A stretch of 64,000 nt of DNA from Squalus acanthias (lineage: Eukaryota): the NCBI GenBank assembly GCA_030390025.1, contig CM059443.1:22506001-22570000 (forward strand), in the 5' to 3' direction. Below, piece by piece: positions 1-11,956 of the stretch; position 1 is the first letter of the stretch, and each line of letters starts with the position of its first letter. Under the pieces are notes generated by a model that saw only the letters and a program-made list of their open reading frames with translations, was not told the origin of the DNA and searched no databases. Both the position numbers and the translations under genes were made by a program.

Positions 1-936
1 ACACTGCCACAGAATAATTTAGGATAAATGTTACAGACAATGAGTGAAATTACAGTTCTCTGATAGGGTAGTGTAATGTGTTCTAGACTGCCAGCATTAG
101 GCACTTACAGTTCAGGAAGATGCTGGAATAAAAGTCCTCCTCAGTCTGGTGACCATGCCCTTTTACAAAGGGAACATGTGTCAGCAGAATATCCTCAATA
201 ATCTTAATTAAAATTGGGACAGAATGCAAGTGGACACAGGCATGTACACACAGGTAAGGTTAGCATTGTTTTTCATACACGTAAAAATTTGTAACAGGAT
301 TCAACTATGGTGAACTGCAAACCTATGGGATAGGGTAATCTAGTACAAGAGGAGATGGGTAGGGGGAGGAAAGGGGAGAGAACTGATGAGAAAAGTAAGG
401 AAAGAAGAATTCTGCAGAATTGCACTTTTCATGGTAATATGCATGGGATTAAGGTACAAGGAATCTTTCTTGTTCTTTCTGTCCATTCTTGATATCCATT
501 CTTTATAATTTGCAAACAGCCTCCATGCTTCAGATTTATGATGTCAGTGTTGAACAGAACCACTGATGGCTAGTTTATTTTGTTCCTTGTAAATGTTATT
601 TTGCATTTTCTTGTCGGTTCAATTTGTCCAATTTCTATGTTGATCTAGTGGCTACATGTTTGCGGTGTCTGAGGTATCCAGTTCTCCTGTGGTCAGAAGT
701 TTGCATTTTCCTAATGGCCCAGCAATAGGCTTTCCAGCAACTTTTATCACCCAGGCTTTGAAGGCAGAGTTGAACTGTCCAAATCGGAGTGAAATTTGAG
801 TTAACTGCATGTGACTGCAAATCCAGAGTTTATGAATAACAATTCAAGCAAATACGATTAGCTTCAGGGAAAAACGTGCACATATTTCATGTTGTAAATT
901 GCACTATAGCACAGCATGCTGCTGGCACTTAAGAGT

Positions 937-972
937 GGAAGATTTCCTCTGTGTACACGGAAGAAATCTTCC
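937..972. repeat. 36-bp near-perfect palindrome, probably a collapsed Harbinger-type mini-MITE
   Basis: GGAAGATTTCCTCTGTGT followed by ACACGGAAGAAATCTTCC; the ends resemble the GG..GATTT TIRs of other MITEs in the window. Confidence 0.45.
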
Positions 973-1360
973 CCCAACGTCATCAGTGCTGTCTCTTCTC
1001 CCTATTCCTCCTTCCCAAAAAACCCTCTTTCATGAGGCAGTGCCCCTTTAAAACTGGGGTGAATTTGCCAGATCTTAAGAGAAATGCTTTTATAGGTTTA
1101 TTGATTCTCTACTGTGCTGCTTAATTGTGCGGAGGTCCTTCTTCAAGTGATAGATTTCAGTTACAAATCAGAATTTACTTGCTAAATTTATATACTACAT
1201 CAACACTTTAATTTCTATTTTTTAGGCTTAACTAAAGTACCTTTTTTACATCAGTCTTTTTGGCTGCCATCTTGAAAGTTTCTTTTATTGTTTTTCTCTC
1301 CAAACATAACAAAAAAGAATAACACACAGGTGAATGAACAAGCCAGGAATAGCACTCAAT

Positions 1361-2850
1361 GACCCGGATTTTGCGGTCAGCGGCGAACAAACGGCACTAA
1401 CCGTTCATTACACTTACACTTGCCCACAAACTGTCTTTGGGCTTTTGCACTGGAACTTGCGGTGATTAGAAATCCAAAACAATGCAGCGCCCTCTACAGG
1501 GGACCTGGGACCTGTGTGAACAGGGCAAGCAACTGTGTATCTCTTAACAAATCAGATTGAAGACTCCTTACTGAGACATGCAGGGCTGAATTTTACCTTT
1601 CAGTGCGGCCTAGGGGCGGGACAGCTTCCTTCCGGGTTCCGATCCCACCCCCAATGACTTCTGAAGCACAGACGCTATTTTGCATCAATTAGCCTTGTTA
1701 AGCCCGCCCTGTGGGCTTGTTGGCCAATTAGGAGAAAGCTGGTGTCAGATGACGTCAGTTGGTGACGTGTCATCTGCCGGTTTTCTTAAAGGGGCCAGGC
1801 ACAATTTTTTTGACAGATGATTTTTCAGTGTTTGACAGCATTGAGGTGCTGCAAACACTCCCAACCACTGTACAAAGGTGAGCCCTTGCACCCAGGTTCT
1901 CCAGTGTCTCTCTCCTTAGGCTAGAACAGATGGCAGCTGCAGGTGAGATTACAGAAGCGATCTGTCACTGGTGAGAGAGGTTCTCCCAATGAGGTGGGAC
2001 TACACAAACACTTCAAAACTTGTTACCTACAGAAAAGTTTAAATACATTAAAAATGATTTTCCCAACATTTTCTTACCTCTAAAACTCACCAGTGTACCA
2101 TTGGATCCTTCACATCACTTCTGCAGCTGTCATCAATGAAGAAACATTACAGTAGACCCACAGCACACCACACTTACCCTGGTGTGGTGTCCGGACATCG
2201 GGAAGCCCGCAGTAGACCTGTCAAAATTGGAAAAAACCTCTTAACTGCCTGTTAACTACCTGTTAACAAGCAGTTAAGTGCCTATAATCCTCTTCCCGCC
2301 GCTAGGTGTCGGGTCCATGCGCAAATCGGGGACCCAACACCCGGGAAGATTGTATGGAGGCGGATTGACAGTGGGTTCGGGACTTGCTGTCAATCTTTGC
2401 AATTTTACCAGATGTCCTGCCTCCAAACCCACCCCCTGAGCGCTGGCAAAATTCCGGCTGCAGAGTCTGAACCAGGAAATGTCAGTTAGAATAGTTCATT
2501 CAATGCCAAATCATGTACAGAAAGCAAAATAAAGAAAGAGAAAGAAAGATGGGCTTAAGAGAGAGCGAGATAAAAGAGACAAAGAAAAAAGTAAAAAGAA
2601 TATATTTTATTTACATTTTTACATTTTTTTTAAATCTCCACCAATAATTAAAAGCTGAAGGAATGAGACTCCACACTTGTAAAAGTTAATTTTCAGTGCC
2701 AGAGAGGTTGTTTGGCAGTAATTAAGACTTATCACGCTGTTAAAAATTCACTTGTACCGGAATGGACATGCCCTAACTTTTTCTGGCATGTATAGTGGGT
2801 ATCTATCACGTAAGTACTCTAACTTCATGCCCTTTCATATATTTGAATGG
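1361..2850 (+). mobile_element. PIF/Harbinger-type non-autonomous element, family A (3'-truncated, interrupted by a nested element)
   Basis: Left TIR GACCCGGATTTTGC; colinear with the 18560-19330 copy over 1361-1582 and 2460-2850. Confidence 0.75.
1583..2459 (+). mobile_element. Harbinger-derived non-autonomous element nested in family A
   Basis: TIRs GGGCTGAATTTTACC / GGCAAAATTCCGGCT; 3-bp TSD GCA (1580-82, 2460-62); absent from the 18560 copy; homologous to 41064-41838; encodes an APRFS remnant at 1888-1902. Confidence 0.8.
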
Positions 2851-2900
2851 CGGAATGGGCCTAAGGGGCCGAATGGCCTACTCCTGTTCCTATGTTTCTA
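2843..2900 (+). mobile_element. CR1 LINE 3' tail fragment
   Basis: TTGAATGGCGG...GGGGCCGAATGGCCTACTCCTGTTCCTATGTT, same as the tail at 9597-9667. Confidence 0.7.
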
Positions 2901-5267
2901 ATATTCATCTGAATAATTTTACTAGGGACCATCAGTGGGCATTCTTTGTCTGCAATAATATGCCACCGCTCTCTTAACAGGCTTCAATTCCAGTAACTTG
3001 TTCTTTTCTCCTGCAGACACAAACTTAACATCTACAGTAATTCTGCATCTTCCAGGCTCTCAATTGCTGCCTGTGTCACTTCATTGCGCCTCCAGGTATA
3101 CCATCCATATTGTACAGCAATACGGCAAACCCTCAACATGGGTTGGAATGTCTTCCTTAGTAACGCAAATTACATCTATGACTAAATACAGTAGCTAAAT
3201 TCAGTAGGATTTGTAAAGATACTTTAAGCTGGTGGATGGGTAGACCAGAAAGTGGAATGAAGAGAGCTTTCTACATAATGAATTGTTCTCTTTTAAATTA
3301 TTGCTGCCATAGACTTCCCAAATCTGATCAGGAGTGGGTTGGCACTCCAAAATGTTATATGTTCACCTGTAACATTTTGTCAAGCCTAAAGTTGGTCTAT
3401 AGTAGCATGCATTTGGATTTTTGAGTTACTGCAGTTGTATTGGGACGGGCGTGAGATTCTTTCCAGCAGTTGTTCTGGTCCCTAGATGACACACATATAC
3501 CGTCCAGTTCATAGAAATAAAATAATTCCTCGAATGGGAGTACTTAGCTCCCATTCAAAGGCTTGGGATAACTAACAAAAAAAGGAAAGCTTACTGAAAC
3601 CCCCCCCCCCCCCCCCACCCGCCCCGCATCAAAAGAATTTTTTTTTTTAATTCCATACATGTTAGTTCCCACTCAATATTGTACGTTTTCAATTGTGCTG
3701 CACCCCTAGCTATTTATAGATGTGAAAGTCTGACTTCCCTGACGGAAGCAGAATGCTTTGAATGTACTGAACAGTCTCCACTGATTTGCTCTGGGTGATG
3801 TACGCTGTGAATGAGACGGCCTGGGAATAGTTTAGACAGTGGTGGTAAATAGCTCTCCGTCTCACTCAAATTGATTTTTCTCAGAACAGTAATTAGAGTG
3901 AGCCGGGAAGATTTGTGTTCAGCTTGATCAGCAAAGTGCTCAGTATATTCTCAAAAGCTAGGCTTAGTGTTTCCTTGTTATAAATAAATGAATGGTTTCT
4001 GGCCTAATGTGTGAAAAAAGACAGATTTCAACATTAAATTGCTTTTTTTTTTAGATTATTTTAATTTGCTTTTTCTGCCTGGTTCAGAGAGTTTCACATT
4101 ATCCCCATTGAGTAGAGCCTATGCGTGTTGGGGAGCGGGGCCTTACTGAGAGACAGAGTGCCCCAAATAAACCCTGATGGATATGGAAGAACTCTCTTCA
4201 GCTGGAGCAACACTGACCAGTATTGTAAGAGTTAATGGATATAAAATACGCTTATTGCAGAATGGATTTAAAAATGATTAACTTTGCATCACAAATGCAA
4301 AGATTAGGAGGCACCGTATTATGCCACATGATTTTGTTTTTGTTACCCAAACACCAAGCCAGTATCCATTTTCAACCACTCATAATCCAGCTCTAGAAAC
4401 TACTGCTACTCTCAGCTGTAAACTATCAGACAAATCACTCCATGGGAGCAGGGCCAGTCAGAAGATAGTAAAACACGCACGTGCAGAATCAGTCTCCACC
4501 GATACACAATGTTTGTGGTCTACTTAATTACCACACACATCAAGAGTACCTTACAGGGGTGAGCCCCAGATACTGCAACACAATGTAAAATAGGAAGTGT
4601 TTCTAGATGATCATGAACTTGTTAATGTGTGTGGTTGTTAAAGAGGCATTGTTTTAACCCTCTTGCCACACAAACCTATACTCTGGTTTGAGCAGAACAC
4701 TCTCTGGATAGCAGTAACCTTCATCTCTGCTGAATAACTGTTAGCAATCAATACACTTTAACACTGGTATTCTGGGAATAGAGGTGTACAATTTAATAGG
4801 AAGGTTAATAAAAATCACAAACAAATGGTCATTAAAACTATAGTTATAGATCACCCCTGGTGTTCCTAAGCAATTGCAAAGACTGTTTCTCATCCCCAGA
4901 TAACACCATCAGTGATTGGAGAAGGGCCTGTAATGTATGATCAATCAGAGAGTGTCCTGTTTCGATGGTAGCCCTCCTTTGACAATCCACTGCTTGTTTT
5001 CAAAATACTAATGAATTTGCATATTTAATTTATAAAGTTTTAAGTACGGGATATAATGTCATTATTTTTTCTTTTTAATTATTTTGTTGAGAAAGGAACT
5101 AAGAATGATCAATTAGTATACACTGTTAGATAGGATAAATACAAAGAATAAATGGAATATATTTGGGGACAGAATGTATTTGTTCTGCAGTCCCCTAATT
5201 ATATCAGATAAAAAATGTTCAGATAAGGAGGTAGGACACTAATACGAGCAACAAGGGAAGTGACACC

Positions 5268-5698
5268 TCAGCTCAGTTGATAGCACTCTTGCCTCTGAGC
5301 TGAAGAGTTCAAGGCTCACTCCTGGATTTGAGACCATATACTGGGCTGACAGTTCAGTGCATTACAGAGGGAGTGCTGCATTATTAGAAATGCAGTATTT
5401 CAGATGAGATATTGCCCCTTCTACCTATTCATGTGGATGTAAAAGATCCCATGGCACTATTTGAAAAAGAGCAGGGGGTTTTCCAGTGTCCTGGCCAACA
5501 TTCTTTCCACAGCCAACACCACCAAAGAAATCCCAGATTAAACTGTCTTGCATCTCATTTCCTGTTTGTGGAACCTTGTTCAAAATTGACTTCTGGATTT
5601 CCCTACATAACAGCAGCTGCACTTCAAAAACATTGGTTTTGAAATGCTTTGAGATTTCCTGAAGACGTGAAAAGTGCTATGTAAAGGCAAGTTCTTTC
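5268..5698 (+). mobile_element. tRNA-derived Deu-domain SINE (SacSINE1-like)
   Basis: tRNA-like head (GCTCAGTTGATAG...GAGTTCAAG), Deu core GATGTAAAAGATCCCATGGCACTATTTGAA...GTGTCCTGGCCAA, L2-like tail GAAAAGTGCTATGTAAAGGCAAGTTCTTTC; three copies in the window. Confidence 0.7.
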
Positions 5699-5764
5699 AT
5701 TTAATGCAGGGAATAAGGGATTATAAAAAAAGGTCTTGCAATAAGTACAACATTTTCAGAGATG

Positions 5765-5936
5765 CGTCCCACCAGCAAGCCCTCATATGCACCAGGCGGC
5801 GCATCAGAAAATTGCAATGACACTGCCCGTGAATTTACATCCATTGAAATCAACAAACCGAAAATTACAGGCAGTACAAGCATGATTTTCTGAAAAGCCA
5901 AACGCTGCGTGTGAGGCCCCGCTGGTGGTGTGGGGT
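5765..5936. mobile_element. Fold-back (hairpin) MITE remnant
   Basis: Nested inverted arms (CCACCAGC/GCTGGTGG, TCAGAAAAT/ATTTTCTGA, ACTGCC/GGCAGT) around central CCATTGAAATCAA. Confidence 0.5.
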
Positions 5937-6059
5937 TTCAGAGAGTTTTGCCCAAATTATAAAGCTACAGGTTTAGTTAAAGGTAAGGACAGAGTAAAAG
6001 AGCTGACAAAAATTGACTAGGGAAACAGTGGAAATTCCCTAAAGGGACTTGACAATTAA

Positions 6060-6760
6060 TGACTAAGAAATGGCAGATGTTCTTAATGATTTCTTTGTGT
6101 CAGTATTTACACATGAATCTGGAGACTGCCTTCCCCATATGGGGTAGAAATTTAAAGGACAAGAGGAAGAAAAACTGACAGATATAGAATGAAGTGATAG
6201 AATAAGGACACTAAAAGAGAGCAAGGCACCCTTCTCTGGAGGACTTCAAAGAAGAGTATTAAAGAAATTGACTAATAAAATTGGAAACATCTTGAAATGG
6301 AGAATAATGCAACAGTAGGTGAAATAAAGAATGGCAAGGCACCCTTCTCTGGAGGACTTCAAAGAAGAGTATTAAAGAAATTGACTAATAAAATTGGAAA
6401 CATCTTGAAATGGAGAATAATGCAACAGTAGGTGAAATAAAGAATGATAATAAAAATGGTCAACAATGCTTTACAGGTAGTAGGCCTTGCTTGACAAATC
6501 AACTAGAGTTCTTTGTGGATACAACTGAGTTAACTGAACTTAGTAGATTTAATATAACGAGACTTTAGCCAAGTTTATGATAAAGTACCACATGGGGAAA
6601 TTGCTTTTTAAAGTAGAAAGGCATGAAATAAGCAGAAAGCATTTAAAGTGGATAACTATCTGTTTGAGTCAGAGGATGCAAAGGGTGGCCATTAAAAGAC
6701 CTCACCAACATGGAAAGAGGTGATTAGTCGGGTATTAGAGGGACTGGTTCTGGGGCCATG
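6060..6760 (+). mobile_element. Old, decayed CR1 LINE ORF2 (5' part; resumes at about 7913-7967 and 9668-10460)
   Basis: Degenerate CR1 RT motifs (GACTTTAGCCAAGTTTATGATAAAGTACCACAT = DF.K.FDKVPH; CTGGTTCTGGGGCC = VLGP). Confidence 0.6.
6221..6446 (+). repeat. Perfect 113-bp tandem duplication
   Basis: 6221-6333 repeated at 6334-6446. Confidence 0.9.
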
Positions 6761-6769
6761 TTTAAAATT

Positions 6770-7912
6770 TGTTCTCGGATATGGGTGGCACTGGCAAGGA
6801 TACATTTATTGCCCATCTCTAGTTGCTGAGAAGATGGTAGCGGGCTTTCTTCTTGAACTGCTGCAATTCTCGTATTGATGGCGATTCCACAATCGTGTTA
6901 GGTAAGGAATTCCAGGATTTTCACCCAGTAACAATACGATATATGTCTAAGTCAATTGTGTAACTTGGAGGGGAACTTGGAGGTGATGGTATTCCCATGA
7001 TTTTGCTGTTCTTGTTTTTCTTTGTGGTACAGGTCGCAGGGCTGGGAGGTGCTGCTGAAATAAGCTTGGTGGGTTGCTGCAGTGCTGCTTGTAGATAGTA
7101 CATACTGCAGCCACTGTGTGCTGGTGGTGGAGCGAGTGGGCATTGGGTGTAGTGATAAGGGCACTGATCAAGCAGACTGCTCTGTCCTGGATGGTGTTGA
7201 ACTTCTTGAGTGTTGTTGTAGCTGCATCCATGCAGATGAGTGTTGAGGATTCCATCACACTCCTGACTTGATCCTTGTAAATGGCGGAGAGGCTTTGAAT
7301 GGTCAGGAGCAGAGGCACTCTTCACAGAGTACCTAGTCTCTGTCCTGCTCTTGTAGCCACATTGTTGATATGGTTGGTCCAGTTAAGCTTCTGGTCAGTG
7401 GTGACTCCCATAATGTTGATGGTGGGAGATTCATTGACGGTAGTGCAGTTGAAGGTCAGGGGGAAGCGATTGCACTTTTCCTTGTTGGAGATGATCACTA
7501 CCTGGCACTTATGTGCTGTAAATATTACTTCCCACTGTCAGCAGGGATGTTGTCCAGGTCCTGATGTAGGTTGACTACTTCACTATCAGAGTTGTGAATG
7601 GGCACAAACACTGTAAAATCATCAGCAAACTACCACACACCTGACCTTAAGATGGAGGGAAGCTCATAGATGAAGCACCTTACGATGGTTGGGCCAAGGA
7701 CGCTGCTTTGAGGGACCCCTACGATGATGTGTTGGGGTTGCACTGTTTGGCATCAACAATCATGACCATCTTCTTTTGTGTCAGGTATGAGTCCAATTAT
7801 TGCAGGGTTTTCCGTTGACCGCTATTGACTTCAGTTTTGCTAATGCTCCTTGGTGCCATAGTTGGTCGAATGCTGGCTTGTTATTGAGGGCCATTACTCT
7901 CATTTCACCTTT
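6770..7912 (-). mobile_element. CR1/L2-group non-LTR retrotransposon, family B, 3' portion
   Basis: Broken RT C-terminal ORFs (VRSVMESS..., IQDRAVCLI..., LHHQHTVAAVCTIYK); 3' end GATGGGCAATAAATG...CCCATATCC shared with other family B copies. Confidence 0.8.
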
Positions 7913-7967
7913 TGATGTTAAGTGGAGGAAGGGACAATAACAAAGTTCTTCATGTTTGCCTTTGATT

Positions 7968-9667
7968 ATTCACAATATTTATTAATGATCTAGACGAGGG
8001 AACTAGATGTAATATCTCCAAGTTTGCAGACGACACAAAGCTGGGTGGGCGTGTGTGCTGTGAGGAGGATGCAGAGAAACTCCAGTATGATTTGGACAGG
8101 TTGGGTGATTGGGCAAATGCATAAGAACATAAGAACATAAGAAATAGGAGCAGGAGTAGGCCAATCGGCCCCTCGAGCCTGCTCCGCCATTCAATAAGAT
8201 CATGGCTGATCTGATCCTAACCGCCAATCTACTATCTATCACAGAACCATCTCCTGCATCTAACAGAATTGCACACACGAAATAGGAGCAGAATCAGGCT
8301 ACACAGTCCCTGGGCCCGCTCCACTACCCACAGGGCCATGACCGATCCGAACCTAGACTCATGTCCAAATTCCTGCCCGCTCCCCGTAACCCTTAATGCC
8401 CTTTACTTCTAGGAAACTGTCTATTTCTGTTTTAAATTTAATTAATGTTGTAGCTTCTACAGCTTTTTGTGGCAGCATATTCCATGGACCTACCACCCTC
8501 TGAGTGAAGTAGTTCCTCCTCATCTCAGTTTTGAAAGAGCAGCCCCTTATTCTAAGACTATGTCCCCTAGTTCTCGTCTCACCCGTCATCGGGAACATCC
8601 TCCCCGCATCCACCCGATCCAACCCCTTCACAATCTTATATGTTTCAATAAGATCGCCTCTCATTCTTCTGAACTCCAATGAGTAGAGTCCCAATCTACC
8701 CAACCTCTCCTCATATGACCACCCCCTCATCCCCGGGATTAACCGAGTGAACCTTTTTTGCACTGCCTCGAGAGCAAGGATGTCTTTCCTTAAGTAAGGA
8801 CACCAAAACTGTATGCAGTATTCCAGATGCATGGCAGATGCAGTATAATGTGGATAAATGCGAGGTTATCCACTTTGGTGGCAAAAACAGGAAGGCAGAT
8901 TATTATCTGAATGGCAATAGATTGGGAAAAGGGGAAGTGCAACGAGACCTGGGTGTCCTTGTGCACCAGTCGCTGAAGGTAAGCATGCAGGTGCAGCAGG
9001 TGGTTAAGAAGGCAAATGGTATGTTGGCCTTCATAGCGAGAGGATTCGAGTACAGGAGCAAGGATGTCTTGCTGCAGTTGTATAGTGCCTTGGTGAGACC
9101 ACACCTTGAGTATTGTGTGCAGTTTTGGTCGCCTTATCTGAGGAAGGATGTTCTTGCCATGGAGGGAGTGCAGCGAAGATTCACCAGACTGATACCTGGG
9201 ATGGCAGGAATGACGTATGAAGAGAGATTGGGTCGATTGGGCTTGTATTCGCTAGAGTTTAGAAGAATGAGAGGGGATCTCATTGAAACTTATAAAATTC
9301 TAACAGGACTAGACAGACTAGATGCAGGAAGGATGGTCCCGATGGCGGGGAGTCCAGAACCAGGGGTCACAGTCTAAAGATAAGGGGTAAGCCATTTACG
9401 ACTGAGATGAGAAGGAATTTCTTCACCCAGAGAGTGGTGAACCTGTGGAATTCTCTACCACAGAAGACAGTTGAGTCCAATTCATTAAATATATTCAAGA
9501 AGGAGTTAGATATATTTCTTAAGGCTAAGGGGATTAAGGGATATGGGGAGAAAGCAGGGACAGGGTACTGAATTTGGATGATCAGCCATGATCTCATTGA
9601 ATGGCGGAGCAGGCTCAAGGGGCCGAATGGCCTACTCCTGCTCCTATCTTCTATGTTTCTATGTTTC
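7968..9667 (+). mobile_element. Young CR1 LINE, 5'-truncated (RT C-terminus and 3'UTR), interrupted by an inverted CR1
   Basis: FINDLD...[11 protein letters not shown], then ORF 8838-9377 (WQMQYNVDKCEVIHFG...RPHLEYCVQFWSPYLRKD); tail (TTCTATGT)n. Confidence 0.9.
8123..8826 (-). mobile_element. CR1 LINE 3' fragment inserted in antisense inside the 7968-9667 CR1
   Basis: ORF 8359-8832 (HLEYCIQFWCPYLRKDILALEAVQKRFTRLIPG); flanking ATGCAT duplication at 8117-22 and 8827-32. Confidence 0.88.
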
Positions 9668-10460
9668 TAAACAAAATTTGGTTGGGTTGTAAATAATAGG
9701 GAACAAGCAGACCAGTTGTAGAAGGTTCTGGACAGGTTGGGGGATTGGACCAAAAAGTGGGAGATGTTGTTTAATGTAGAGCAGTACAAGATTATGAAGC
9801 TGGAAAAAAAAAAAAAATATGGGAGTACAAAATAGATCCAGTCTATCGGAAGCAATGCAGGAAAGGGATCTGGGAATTTTAGTGGGAAAGACAGTGCAGC
9901 GGTGATAAAAATGACAAATCGGATTCTAGGATGTATAATTTGAGGGGAAGAGCACAAGTCCCATGTTATGATTAGCTTGTGCAAAGTGCTGGTCTTCTCA
10001 TGCCTTGATCATTGTGTACAGCTCTGCTACCATACCACAAAATGGACATCCTAGCCTTGGAGCGAGTACAAAGAAAGGCAGCTACATTGCTAAATAGAAT
10101 TTGATTATCTGAGCAGTGAGGAAAAAGTAAGGGTATAAGGGATGATTACATTGCAAAAAATGGTGTTAGAGATGATCTTATTGACATATAACCTGGATCC
10201 CAGATGTTCAATATTAACACAAACTTAAACACAAGGGGACCTGGATTCAAGCTTAAACAAACAGTAGTTTGTACAGAGTTAAGTTAACTTCTTCATGTTG
10301 AGGGTGGTAAACATGTGGAATAGCCTACTCAGGGAGGCAGTGGAAGCAGAGCATGTTATAAATTTTAACATAGTTATGGATAAATGTTTGACAGGCAAGG
10401 CTATTGAAGGTTAAGTGGGATAAGCTGTCTCAGACCTCAGGGACTGATCTGATAGATGGA
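9668..10460 (+). mobile_element. Old CR1 LINE, 3' part
   Basis: Degenerate CR1 motifs (GTTTAATGTAGAGCAGTACAAGATTATG, GAGGGTGGTAAACATGTGGAATAGCCTAC). Confidence 0.65.
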
Positions 10461-10771
10461 GATAGTAGATTCCAATCCTGCACAGTCCTATATTCCTACG
10501 GAAATTGGGGCATATGATGGGGGGGAGATAATTTAATTATGTTTTGTGATGTGTAATGGGTACCTATGGTCTCCTGAAGCTTGCTTGATTAACTTATGAA
10601 TCCAAGGAGGAATTTCCCAGGGTTTTTCCTGAAATTGTCCACAGGTTTTTTTCCCCCCCATGTGTTATCAATGCTATTGGTTGGGGAGGGTGATGCATGA
10701 GGTTTTACCATTATGTGGTCTTTCCTCACCTTGCTTTTTATATGTTTGTATGATTTGTATAGATTCAATAG

Positions 10772-11956
10772 TTTTTTTATTCATTCATGGGATGTGGGTG
10801 TCGCTGGTAAGGCCAGCATTTATTGCCCATCCCTAATTGCAGTTGAGAAGATGGTGGTGAGCTGCCTTCTTGAATCGTTGCATTGTGTGTGGTGAAGGCA
10901 CTCCCAGAGTGCTGTTAGGGAGAGAGTTCCAGGGTTTTGACCCAGCGACGATGAAGGAACGGCAATATATTTCCAAGTCAGGGTGGTGTGTGACTTGGAG
11001 GGGAGCTTGGAGGTGGCAGTGTTCCCTTGCGCCTGCTGCCCTTGTCCTTCTAGGTGTTAGATTGGGTTTGGGAGGTACTGTCGAAGACGCCTTGGTGAGT
11101 TGCTGCAGTGCATCTTGTAGATGGTACACACTGCAGCCACGGCGCGCCAGTGGTGGAGGGAGTGAATGTTTAAGGTGGTAGATGGTGTGCCAATCAAGTG
11201 GGCTGCTTTGTCCTGGATGGTGTTGAGCTTCTTGAGTGTTGTTGGAGCTGTACTCATCCAGGTAAGTGGAGAGTATTCCATCACACTTTTGACTTGTGCC
11301 TTGTGAAAGGCTTTGGGGAGTCAGGAGGTGAGTCACTCACTGCAGAATACCCAGCCTCTGACCTGCTCTTGTTGCCACAGTATTTATGTGGCTGATCCAG
11401 TTAAGTTTCTGGTCAATGGTGACCCCCAGGATGTTGATGGTGGGGGATTTGGCGATGGTAATCCCATTGAATGTCAAGGGGAGGTGGCTAGACTCTCTCT
11501 TGTTGGAGATAGTCATTGCCTGGCACTTGTGTGGCACAAATGTTACTTGTCACTTATCAGCACAAGCCTGAAGGTTGTCCAGGTCTTGCTGCATGCGGTA
11601 CAGACTGCTTCATTATCTGAGGAGTTGCGAATGGAACTGAACACGGTGCAGTCATCAGCAAACATCCCTACTTCTGACCTTATGATGGAGGGAAGGTCAT
11701 TGATGAAGCAGCTGAAAATGGTTGGGCCTAGGACACTGCCCTGAGGAACTCCTGCAGCAATGTCCCGAGGCTGAGATGATTGGCCTCCAACAACCCTGTT
11801 GGAGCTGCACTCATCCAGGCAAGTGGAGAGTATTCCATCACACTCCTGACTTGTGCCTTGTAGATGGTGGAAAGGCTTTGGGGAGTCAGGAGGTGAGTCA
11901 CTCGCTGAAGAATACCCAGCCTCTGACCTGCTGTTGTAGCCACAGTATCTATGTGG
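10772..11956 (-). mobile_element. CR1/L2-group LINE family B, 5'-truncated, with internal duplication
   Basis: GVPQGSVLGPTIFSCFINDLPSIIRSEVGMFADDCTVF in ORF 11543-11983; 3' end ...CCCACATCCCATGAATGAATAAAA; about 11238-11390 is repeated at about 11797-11956. Confidence 0.9.
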
